From Cyanophora paradoxa CCMP329 (taxonomy: Eukaryota; Plantae; Glaucophyta): 64,000 nt of DNA. Shown piece by piece: positions 53,657 to 64,000 of this stretch. How positions within the stretch are numbered: position 1 is the stretch's first letter; each line of letters opens with the position of its first letter. Location: positions 1-64,000 of the forward strand of contig QPMI01000129.1 of assembly GCA_004431415.1 (NCBI GenBank), read 5' to 3'. The notes under the pieces were generated by a model that searched no databases, had not been told where the DNA came from, and saw nothing but the letters and a program-made list of their open reading frames with translations. A program made the translations under genes and the position numbers.

Positions 53657-53814
53657 CCCAACCGGTCGAATCTAGGTCTTCAGTGTTACAGATTTTATTG
53701 AATATACAAGGCTCTCTGTTCTGAATACTTAGGCTTTTCAAGTTTAGCTTTAAGTAAGGTACTACGGTATTCCATGTACACAATCAGCCAGGACGTGGAG
53801 GCAGGGGGACCAGG

Positions 53815-56800
53815 CTAGTCCTCGTGCGGGCGCGCGCTGTCTCGCGGCTCGTAGCCAAAGAACTGCGGCGCGGGGGGGCGCGTGGGCGCGCGGGTCGGGG
53901 CGAGGCGGGCGGGGCGGCGGGCCTCGGGGTGGCGGAAGCGGTGGATCAGAGCTGTGAGGAGTACGAGGAAGACGAGGAAGCCGATCGTGACTCCGACCTG
54001 CGGCCGCGGCCCGCATCGTGCGCGGCGCGCGGGGCGCGGGGCGGGGCGGGGCGGCGCACGCTGATGTAGGTGGTCGTGGCGTCCATCGAGATGCCCGTGA
54101 GGAGGACCTGTGGCGGGGCGTGAGGGGAAGGCGGGGGCGGCCTTGCGAGCGGGGGAGCGGGGCGGACGGTGAAGTAAGCGGTGTGGTTGCAGTAGGAGCC
54201 GCGCTCGGGGATGGTCGTCACGCGGATCCTGAAGAGCATCTGGGGCGGGGCGGGGCGTCGGGCGGGGCCGGCGCAGCGCGGGGTGCACGCGCCTGGGGCG
54301 GCTCGAAGTTGTGGGGGAGGACCTTCTCGCAGGGGCTCCCGGGGGCGCACACCCACCTGGCGGCCCCCCGCTCAGCGCGCCGACGGGGCGGGACGAGCTC
54401 GTCTCCTCTCCGGCGGGGGCGAGCGCACTGGAGGCTGGCGGCGGCGCGGGTGTAGACGCTCTTCTCGACGCCGCCCTCCACGGCGGTGGTCACGTCGTCG
54501 AGGGGGATGAACGCCAGCGCCGCCCCGTAGTTCACCCGCAGCACCTGCCGGCCGCCCTCTCTCGCTCCCGGCCCCTCGCCGCCCCCGCCCCCGGGGGTCC
54601 CCCCCCGCACCTCCTCCTCGGTGAAGGGGCGGAGGTCGGCCGGCGTCTCCCCGGCCCCCACGGCCTCCAGGAAGTACCGCCCTACCGCCCCCGCGTCACG
54701 CAGACTCACGCTAGGTCACCCCGCACGGGTCTGCGGGGGCGGGGCGCGGCGCGGCGCACCGCGGTACACGTCGGTCGTGTTGGCGACGGTGTCCGTCAGG
54801 TTGAACACGGGCACGAAGTCTGATCGCACGGAGGCGTCAGGGCGAGCGTGCAGGAGGGAAGGCAGCAACGCGCGCGCGCCATCGGCCATCTTAAAGCACG
54901 GGACGCCGAACTGAACGAAACAGAGTCAAAGGCCTGAGCGGGAAAGGGGACGGATGCGGGGCGGGCCTTCTCGGAGCAGATGTTCCCCGTGCCGGAGGCG
55001 AGCGGGTCGAAGACGAGGTGGCGGCCGGGGGGGCACCCCGTGTGCACGACGGTCTCGTAGACGGGGGCCGGGGCGCCCCCCGTGCAAGCCCCCGCCGTCC
55101 CGCCCACGAGCAGCCGCACGGGGGTGACCTCCAGGCGCTCCCCGGGCGGGCCCATCGCCGACGCCGACGAGAGGTCCGAAACAGTGGCGAGGTAGGAGAA
55201 GATGGGGGAGCCGTCGTGGGGCAGCGGCTCCAGCGTGACGGAGACGAGGTCGGTGCGGCCGACCTGGAGGAGGAGGGCCGGCTCCTGCAGGAGGGCCGCC
55301 CGCCCCGCCTCCCGCTGTCGCCAGTACTCCTCCGAGGCGTTGAGGGAGAGGGCGAAGGAGTAGGAGGCGCCGCGGTCGAGGAAGAGGCCGGCGGGGAGGC
55401 CCACCGGCTCCTCGTCCGGCTGGCGCGTGTAGAGGGAGCTGTGGGAGGCGGCGACCGCGACGGCGGAGACGGGGCACGCCTCGCCGCGCTGCAGCGCCTC
55501 CAGCGCCATCAGCTCCTCCAGCTTCGCCGTGTACGGGTCCGCCCGCTGCGCCGCCAGCGCCCCGCCGGGCCCCACCGCCAGCGTCAGCTCGAAGAGCGCC
55601 GACGAGAGGTCGAAGAGCAGCGCCCGCGCCGCCCCGAAGCCCGCCGCCGCCGGATCCGCCCGCGCCCCGCTCAGCTGCACCAGCGTCGCCGTCCCCGCCA
55701 CCCCGTACCACGCCTGCCGCCCCCTCAGCGCCGGCGCCGGCCGGGCGCGGGTCGTGCGGCGGGGCGGGCCTCGGCGTTGTCGAGGAGGAGGGCGTAGGTG
55801 CCCGCCGAGGAGGTCTCGAGCTGCGCCACCCGCCGCGGCGCGAAGACGCGCAGCACCACCCACGAGCGCCCGCCCGACGCCCTGCGCCGCCTCAGCGCCC
55901 CGCCGCCGGCGCGCGCCGCGGGGCCGCACGAGTAGAGGAGCGCGTTGCCCGTCGCGAAGAGGTCCCGCGAGACGGCGCGCGCGAACTGCCGCCCCGTCAG
56001 CGGCGGCGGCGGCGGGGCGGGCCGGGGCGCGCCTGGAGGCCCGAGAGCTCGAGGGCGACGCCGCCGGGCGGCGCCGTCGCCGGCACGTGCACCACGCGCG
56101 TCCCCGTCGACGAGTCTGCCGCCGCTCGGCCCCGCCCCCGGGCTCCGTCGGGGGCGGGCGGGGGCGCGCACCGTCGGGGATGGCGGCGGGAACTCGAAGG
56201 CGGCGGCCCAGGCGCGCCCGCTGACATTGTACGTGCGCAGCGCGTACCGCCCGCCGCTCCCCAGCGCCCCGCCCGCCCCCGCCTCCACCAGCAGCTGCAG
56301 CAGCCCCGGCTCCGCCAGGCTCGCCGTCATCGCCACCGGCCGCGCCGTCGCCGCCGACAGCCCCAGCGCCCAGCCCTGCGCCCCGCGTCGCGCCCCGGCG
56401 GCGCCGGCTCCGGCGGGGCGGCGGGGCGGGCCTGGAGCTCGGAGAAGCCCTCCTCGCCAGGGAAGGAGACGAAGACGCGCGCCTCGGGCGGCGCCGTCAG
56501 CGCGAACTGGTGGTCGTTGAACGCCGTCCGGAACGCGTTGTACTGCGCCCCGCGCGCCCCGCTCGGCCGGCGCGGGGCCGGCGGGCGGGGCCGGCCGGCG
56601 GGCGGGGGCGGACCTGGGCGGGGTTGGAGAGGACGGCGACGCACTGGCGGAGGGCGATGCTCCAGACGAGCTCGCGGGGGCCCGCCGCGGGGCCCGAGGG
56701 CGGCGCGGCCGCCTGGACGAGGCCGTAGCGGGTGGAGAGGAGGAGGCGGTTGGCGAGGGCGAGGGCGCCCTGGAGAGAGGCGGCGGGGAGGTCGGGGCAG

Positions 56801-57783
56801 GCGGGCGGCTCGGCGGCGAAGCGGGCGAGGTCGGGGGCGAGGAAGACGGAGTCGCGGAACTCCGAGGCGGAGGCGAGGAGGGCCCCCGCGCCCCCGTCGA
56901 AGAGCACGAGGCCCACCGGCGAGACCCCGGACACCAGGTCCGGCTGCAGCACCGGCCCCGGCAGCCGGTACGACCCGCCCCCCTCGTACCCCGCCGACTC
57001 CGCCCCCACCAGCGACTGCCCCCGCCCGTCGGCCCCGCGCGGCGAGCCCGGCGCGGGAAGGCGGGCGGGGCGGGGCGGGGCGCACCCGGTACTGCCCGGG
57101 GCCGACGCGCGCCTGGAACGGGCTCACCGCGAACGACACGACTTTGTCCGGCAGCTGCGCGGCGCGTGAGGCGGCGGGGCGCGCGCGGCGCGGGGGGGAG
57201 GCGCGGACGTAGACGCCGAAAGTCCCGACGTGGTTGCTCAAGACAGTGAGCTGCGCGATGCCGGCCTCGCCCGTCCGAAACGGCACCCTCCACTCCTCGC
57301 TCGGCGGCTGATACGCTGCCCGGGGCGGGTCAGCCCCGCGCAGAGCAGCGTCACGTCCAGAATGCCCTTATCCCGCACCGGCCTCCCAGCTCGAGTTTAA
57401 CGAGCTCCCCTCGATACTAGCTTCGTACTGGTAGAAGAAGCGCGGCTTCAGGCCCAGCGCCGAGAGCTCTCGCGTCGCCTCAACGTCCGCCGCCCCCGTC
57501 TACTGCGCGCTCAGCTTCGCCGCGCGTATCGGGCGGGCGCAGCTCGCCTCGTCAGCCACGTGAACAACGAGGAGATAGTCCGCTCCAGGCACCACGGCGG
57601 GCGCCGGCGAGCTCGGGTTTGCGGGGTCCGCTACGTCGACTCGCCTGCGCGGGGCTCGCCGCGGAGCGATCCTGGTGCGTGACAGAGGGCATGGCCGCAC
57701 CACTGGTACTTGGACGGGGCGCCGGCAGCCGTCGCTAGCAGCGCCAGGAGCGCCAGGAGCGACCCCGCGCGCCCGGGCCGCAT
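53815..57783 (-). CDS. CATSPERG: CatSper auxiliary subunit gamma-like protein, copy B (apparent 1-nt frameshift near 56190)
   Basis: MRPGRAGSLLALLALLATAAG signal peptide; GCPPGRHLVFD, PCFKMADDFVPVF, PFTEEEVLRVN, WVCAPGSPC, SYCNHTAYF, TM VGVTIGFLVFLVLLTALI. Confidence 0.8.
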
Positions 57784-58004
57784 GAGCGCTGTGTGATGCC
57801 TTTACAGGCTATCGAAGCCGCTGTGCGTGCTACCGCATCGGCCTGACCGCTGGATGCTTCCAGCTAACTTCGCCTCTTAAGAATAGCGTACCCAGATCTC
57901 GAAACGCTCCCCAAAGCCAGAGCATATGCAGGCCTGCCGAGCGAGCGGAAGTCAGTAGGAAGAGCCCGAGCTCACCGAGGTACGGTCCGCGCCAACTGGC
58001 CGCC
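57784..58004. promoter_or_regulatory. Probable bidirectional promoter, duplicated at 49470-49690
   Basis: About 220 bp, lower GC, between divergent ATGs at 57783 (-) and 58005 (+); conserved in the other arm. Confidence 0.55.
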
Positions 58005-61000
58005 ATGAAGACGGACGACGAGGGCTGGGGGGAGCTTAACCTGAGCACCTATGACCCGCTGGAGGATCTGCCTCTGCAGGTGTGTCTCGGCAGCGCATGG
58101 AGCGCGCCTCCCGCTTCGCGCCGAGCCGCGCTGCAGGAGTCGCTCCAGGGCGCCGCCGCCGACTTCGAGCAGACCGCCGGCAAGCTCGAGAAGGGCTTCT
58201 GGAAGGTGCGCGTCGGCCTTTGTCTTCCTGGACGTGCCGGGTCTCGTCGCCGGGGCCATGCTGCGCGGAGCCCTGGGCCCGTTAGCTATCCTTAGCTAGC
58301 GAGTGCCTGGGCCGGCGGCGCCATGCAAGACGCAAGGGCGTAGTTACAGCAGTCCGACGGGCGGCGGGGCGCAGGATGTGGAGGGGACGCTCACGGAGAA
58401 CCTGAAGGAGTGGACGAAGGTCTCGGGCATGCCGCGCGGCTCCGCCTTCGTCCTCAAGCAGCAGGCCCGCCGCCCCTCACGCTCCGCCGCGCCACGCATG
58501 CGCAGTAGCGCCGCTGAGCCGCGCCCGCAGCACCAAAAGCTCGAGCAAGTCGTCCTTGAGAACCTCTCGCGGAAGGAGGACACCGAGAAGGCGTTCGCTG
58601 GGAAGGCGCTCTCTCCTCGGCCGGAGCCGCCGGGGCGGCCGTCGCGCTGAGCGGGGGCGGGGCGGCAGATCCTGGAGATCGCGACGCTGGCGCTGAAGCG
58701 GATGCTGGAGGCGAAGCACGGGGAGTACTACGACAAGCTGACCTTCCTCAAGCGCCAGTACGAGATCCGCATCGAGCGCGCGCGCGAGGCGTCCCGCCGC
58801 GAGGCCCGGGCGACGGCCCTGCACCACGGCGAGCGGGCGGCGCGGGCGGCGCGGGCGCGCGAGGAGGAGCTCGCCGCCGAGATCGCGCGCCTGAAGGAGG
58901 AGGCCGGGCGCGCCTCCGAGCAGGCCGGCGAGCGCTTCCGGGCGGCGCTGGGGGCGAAGCAGGGGGAGGTGCAGCGGCTGCAGGAGGAGGTCCGGCGGCG
59001 CGACCGCGACCGGGACGGCGAGCGCGCCGCCGCCGAGGAGGCCGTCGAGCGGGCCAACGCGCGCACCCGCGCCGCGCAGGCGGCGCAGGCCAAGGCCGAG
59101 GAGGCGGCCAGGGCGGCCGAGGAGCAGGCAGCGCGGGAGCGGGCGCGCGCGGAGGCGGCGGAGCGGGCGGCCAAGGGCAAGGCGGACGAGCTGATGGAGT
59201 CGACGATGCGGCTCGGGGCGGGGGAGAAGGCGGCTCGGGACGCGCTCGCGCAGGCGCAGGCGCGGGCGGAGCATCTGCAGCGCGAGCTCGCGCAGGCGCG
59301 CAGCGGCGGCGCCAGCAGCGGCCTCGAGCAGCAGCTGCGCACCGCCCTCAAGGAGAAGGCCGAGGCCGCCAAGGAGCGGGACGCCGCCGGCAAGGAGCGC
59401 GCGGCCGCCCTCGAGCAGGCCGCCGCCGCCAGGCGCGAGGCGGAGAAGCACAAGGGCGAGGCGGAGAAGCAGAGGGCCGAGGCGGAGAAGAGCAAGGGGG
59501 AGGTGGCGCAGGCGCGCGCGGAGGCGGAGCGGCAGCGGGCGGAGGCGGAGAGGCAGCGAGCGGAGGCGGAGCGGCTGCGGCTCGAGGTGGAGAAGCACCG
59601 CACGGACTCGGCCTCCCTCCGGTGAGCGCGCGCGAAGGCCGCGCGGGGCCCGCCCGAAGCTCACCCGGGCTCTGCCTCCGGCGCGCAGGAAGGAGCTGGC
59701 CGTCGCGGAGGCCTCGGCCGCGACCGCCGCCTCCGCCGCCGTCGCCGCCGCCGCGCACGCGCGGCGCGCCTCGGCCGCGAGCCCGCCGCCGGCCTCGGGC
59801 GGCTCCCGGCGCCCCTCGGGCTCGGGCATGGGCTCCATGGGCGGCGGCGGCGGCGGCGGCGGCGGGCCCCGGCATCGCGCGGGGCGGGCGGCGTGGCGCG
59901 CACGCCCTCTCGCCAGCGGCTGGCCGCCGCCTCGCCGCCGGGCACGCCGCCCCTCGCCTCCCCGAGCACTCAGACGCCGAGTCCCCTGGCCCCGCCCCGG
60001 CCCCTCCTCCTCCTCCCTGCCCCCTCGCCCCGCCCCGCCCCCGCCCCGTCGCCTCCGCCGCCGACGAGCCGGCCTTCTTCCCCCCGGCGCCCGTCCCCCG
60101 GCCGTCGTCCCGTCCCCTCCCCCACCCTCGTCCTCCGCCCGACGCCCCTCCCGCCCCGGCCCCGCCCCGACGCCGCGGTCCAGACCGACCCCCTCCCCCT
60201 CCCCGCCGTCCTCCCCCACCGCAGGCCGCCGCCCTCCCCCTGCCTGCCCCAGCGCGGCCGCCCCGCCGTGCGCCGCCGCCGCGCGTCGAGTCGCTGAGCG
60301 TGGAGGAGGAGGCGCTGCGGGGGGCGCTGGAGGGGCCCTGGAGGGCGGCCCCGGCGCCGCCGAGGCGGCCGCCGAAGCCCTCGCGGAGGCCCTGGCGGGC
60401 CTCTCGCCGGCCGCCCGTGCCGCGGCGCTCCCCGCCGCCTGGGAGCGGCTGCGCGAAGAGGCGCTCGGGCGGGGCCGGAGGAGGCGCCGGTGCACGTCGC
60501 GCGGCTCCTCGCGTGGGGCGACGCCACCCGCCGCTTCGGGTTCGAGGCGGGGAGGGGAGGGAGGCGGGGCGCCCCCCGAGCGGCCCCCCGGCGGCGGCGG
60601 CCTCGGCGAGGAGGCCCGGGCGCAGGTCGCCGCGCTGGAGGACAAGGCCCGCCCCCTCGCGGCCCCCGCGCCCCTGCGCCGGCCGGCCCCGCTGACTCAC
60701 ACCCCGCCGACCCCCGCCCGCCCTCCACAGGTCGCCGAGCTGCAGCGGCGGCTGGCAGAGGCCGCCGACGGCGCCGGCTCGACGGACGCAGCGAGCTCGC
60801 CACCGCAGTGCGCTCCACCCGCGCCTCCTCCCGCCCCGCGCTCACCCGCATGCGTGCGGGCGCCCGGCGCGCAGGGTGCCGGCGCAGCAGCAGCAGGAGG
60901 CGCGTGCTGCGAGCCGGCCAGGGAGCGCGGGCGGGCAGGGGCGGCCGGGGAGCGGGGAGGCGGGGCGCGGGCGCGGGGGCAGCAGGGGCAGGGCGGGAGG

Positions 61001-62708
61001 AGCGCGCCGTCGTCGCCCTCCTGCTCCGCGACCTCGAGAGGCGCGCCCGCGGCCCCTCGCCCCTCCCCTCCCGGCCCTCGCTCGTTTCTGACTTGGAGGG
61101 GCGGGACAGGGCGCTGGAGGCGGCGGAGCGGGCGGAGATGTCGGCCTCGGCGCAGGGGCGCGCGGCCGGCCCCGGCGGCCGCCGCTACGCCCCGGGCCTC
61201 GTCGCCGCCCGGTGCGCCCCGCTCGACGCGGGGCTCCCCCGCGGGTCTCACGCGCTTGCTCGCGCAGGTCGTCGCTGCCGCTGCGGGCGCGGCTGGCTTC
61301 GTTGGCGGTGGAGGCGTGCGCCACGCCGGCCGAGCGCGCCCTGCACGAGCGCATCGCCGCGGTCCGCGAGGGGCGGCCCCTCGGCGCCCCCCCGCCGCCC
61401 TCGCCCCTGCCCCGCCCCGGCCTCGGGCTCGGAGGTGGAGCGGCTGGTGGAGGCGGCGGGGCGCTGCAGGCGGTGCGGGCGGAGCTCGAGGCCGAGCGCT
61501 CCCTCCGCCGCGAGGAGACGGCGCTGCTGGCGGCGCGGCTCGACGCGGCGGCGGGGCAGCTCGAGGAGAAGAACGCGCAGCTCGAGTCCCTCGCCCTCGC
61601 CGTCGAGTTCCTCCGCGGCAGGGAGCACCGCGCCCGCGCCGAGCACGCCGCCGCCGCCGCCCTCGCCGCCCCTGCCTCCTCCCCTCGGGCGGGGGCGCCG
61701 GCGGGGGCTCGCCCCCGCGCCCCTCCTCCCCGCCCCTCGCCGACGGTGCGGGGCGCTGCACGCCGGCGGCTCGGCGCGCGTGCTGAAAGCCGGGCGGCAG
61801 GGCCCCGTGCGACGAGCCTCTCCAGCCCGAGCTTCTGTAAGGCCTGCAGGCAGGCCGTCCCCATGCCCGCCGGCACCCGCGCCGTCCTCGGTAATTGCTG
61901 CACCCCACCCTTTCCCTCTTTTTCCGTCCTCTCGGCCGAGCCGCCGCGCAGAGACGGTGGGCGCCATCTCGCGGGGGCCCGGCGGGGCCGCGGCGCCCGA
62001 GCGCGGGGCCCCGCTGGCGGCGGCCGGCACCGCGCACCTGATCCCGGGGCGCCCGGCGGGCCCCGCCGGCTGGGTCGGGGGCGTCTACCGGGGGCCAACC
62101 ACGCGAGCCCCGCCGCCGTCGCCGCCTTCCTGCGGCCGGGGCGCCCGCCGCGGCCGGCCTCGGCGGCCTCGCGGGCGCTGGCGGCGGCGGCCCTCGCGGC
62201 GGCCCTCGCGCAGGAGGAGGCCGGCGGCGAGCTCGACGCCTCCTTCCTCTCCGCCCCCGCCACCGGCTCCCGCCCCGCCCGCCCCGCCCCTCCACCGCCC
62301 CCGGCCCCGCCACGCCGCCCCCGACGGGTGCGCCCTCCCCGCCCCGCCCCGCCCCCGCGCCGCGCCTCCCGCGGGCGGCCGACGCGCGGGCGGGCGGCAG
62401 GCTGCAGCAGAGCGCGTCGCTGGCGGGCCTCCGCAAGATCCCCCTCGTTCCCTCGCGCGCGGCACGCCCCACTCGCGCTCCGCCCCGACCCTCCCCGCCG
62501 AGGGGGTCGCCCCCGACGCCCCGCCCACGCCGAGGCGCGGGCGCGGCCGCGCACGCCGCAGCTGCAGCGCGGGACGGGGCCGGCGGCCGTCGCCGGCGTC
62601 CAGTACGCGCAGGCCGCGGCCGAGCAGCTCGGCCTCCAGGTCGGGGGCGCCACGCGGCACCCGCGCCCCTCCTCCGCCCCCGCCGTCCGCGCGGGCGCCT
62701 TCGGCTAG
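58005..62708 (+). CDS. Uncharacterised long coiled-coil protein
   Basis: Splices to MKTDDEGWGEL...GFWK|DVEGTL...|HQKLEQ...|ILEIATL...AKHGEYYDKL; extended E/A/R/K heptads including (AEAERQR)n; downstream exons approximate. Confidence 0.75.
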
Positions 62709-63051
62709 CCCCTAGGCCTGCCGCCCTTGCGCGCATGCGCACGTGCATCTAGATTTGTGTAATTTCAAATTTCTTTGTAACTTCTGCTTCAGGCTTGTTG
62801 CTTCAATTGCAAGTAAATGATTGAAGCGCAACATGAAAAAGAAGGGATATACACGCAATAAGATTCCATACAATACAGAAAGCAAGATCCTGTTAACGTA
62901 TCCTACTATACCGTAGATTCGATGCGGAAAAAGCTCTGGGGGCGCCGCCGGGGAGGGGCGGGGGCGCTCCGGGACGAAAGAGGGCGGGGGCGGGGGGGCC
63001 GGCGGGGACCTAGGGGGCGGGCCACGCCCCGCGCTCCGCGGCGGCGGGGCC

Positions 63052-63530
63052 TCACCGCCGGTTGCGGAAGGCGAGGGAGGCGAACGTGCGCGCCAGGCCC
63101 TCGTCCTCCTCGTCTTCCTCCGCCACCCCCGCCCCCGCCGCTCCGCCGGGGGCGCGGCCCCGCCCGGGCCCTGAGATCAGCGCCGCCGCCTCGCCGTCGC
63201 GCCCCGTCCCTGCCCCGCCCTCCGCCGGCGGGGCGACGTGGCGCCCTCCGGGAGGAGCGGCTGCCGCGGGAGGGCGAGGTCACCTCCTCGGGCCCGAGTC
63301 GGCGCCGGCGGGGGCCCGCCCCGCCGTCCGCTCGTGCGCGTGCTCCGACGAGCGCACGCGGCGGAGGGCCGGCGCGGCGCCGGCGCCGGCTGCGGCGGGG
63401 ACGTCGACGGCCGCCGCGTGGCTCGTGTCGGCATCGATGACGGCGATGGGCGGGCCGGCGGCGGCCTCCTCGCCGGCGGCGGCCCGCTCGAGGCCCGCAG
63501 CGAGGTCGGCCTGCACGGCCGGGGCCTCCG

Positions 63531-63562
<32 letters not shown>

Positions 63563-64000
63563 CGGAGGGTGCCCTCGGAGGAAGAGTGGACGGAGGACTC
63601 GCGGGAGGCGGGCGCGCTCGCCGCCGCCTTCGCCCGCACCGCCGCCACCAGCGACGGCAGCGCCCCGAATCCCGAGCTCCCCGAGCGCACCGGCATGCCC
63701 ACCGGCGGCGGGCTCGGCGCCGGCCCCAGACCCGCCAGCGGCGGCACGATGGGCCCGCTGCCCGAGTGGGGCGTCGAGGCGCCCGGGACGAGGCGCAGCG
63801 AGGCGGTGCGCGAGCGGGAGCCGGAGCGGTGCGGGAGGACTCGCGCGAGCGGTGGTGCCGCCTGTGCCCCTGCGAGGCCGCCCCGCCCGGCGTCCCCGCC
63901 CGACCGGCGTCGCCCCGCCCGCCACGAAGAACTGGGGCGGGCCCGTCGGCGAGAGCCGCCCGCTCCGCGAGCCGCCGGGCGCCGTCGCGCCCCGCTCGAC
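63052..64000 (-). CDS. 3' end of a low-complexity protein gene (partial)
   Basis: Ala/Ser/Pro-rich frame ending EEDEEDEGLARTFASLAFRNRR*, followed by an AT-rich 3' region. Confidence 0.5.

Larger units (their letters stand above)
49201..58267. repeat. Large inverted duplication: arms ~49201-53656 and ~53815-58267, spacer ~160 bp
   Basis: The arms are reverse complements with the same exon/intron layout and long near-identical tracts. Confidence 0.95.

Noticed and set aside
49201-58267. Inverted repeat as a pure assembly artefact (fold-back read) or as transposon TIRs
   Set aside because: The arms differ by many coherent substitutions and one carries a decayed gene stub. There is no transposase or target-site duplication, and the arms consist of host genes.
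59455-59585. 21-bp tandem repeats as a mobile or regulatory array
   Set aside because: They encode coiled-coil heptads (AEAERQR) within the CDS.

Overview
This is very GC-rich, intron-dense eukaryotic DNA, probably from a flagellated protist or alga (inference; the organism cannot be identified from the window). Most long six-frame ORFs are GC artefacts. The real genes appear only after hand-splicing short introns (mostly ~50-100 nt, CTGAC/CTCAC branch point, mostly YAG acceptor), and a large share of these introns have GC donors. I can support about 18 genes. In order: the 5' end of a Cav-like channel, an ABHD hydrolase, a myristoylated Cys-module protein, a kelch/coiled-coil protein, a START-like protein, an aldo-keto reductase, MGST3, a receptor-like pseudokinase, adenosine kinase, a SANT/HARE-HTH protein, a DUF1399/GRDP-membrane fusion, CIAO1, a NACHT-pentapeptide-WD40 NLR-like protein, a complete four-domain cation channel with an unusual S-D-E-E filter, two CatSper-gamma-like paralogues, a coiled-coil gene and a partial gene. 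The highlight is a ~4.5 kb x2 inverted duplication (49.2-58.3 kb). It carries two tail-to-tail homologues of the sperm Ca2+-channel auxiliary subunit CatSper-gamma, diverged in a patchwork, immediately downstream of the four-domain channel. Family assignments rest on motifs recognised from memory and need HMM confirmation. Gene coordinates are first-to-last codon spans including introns.
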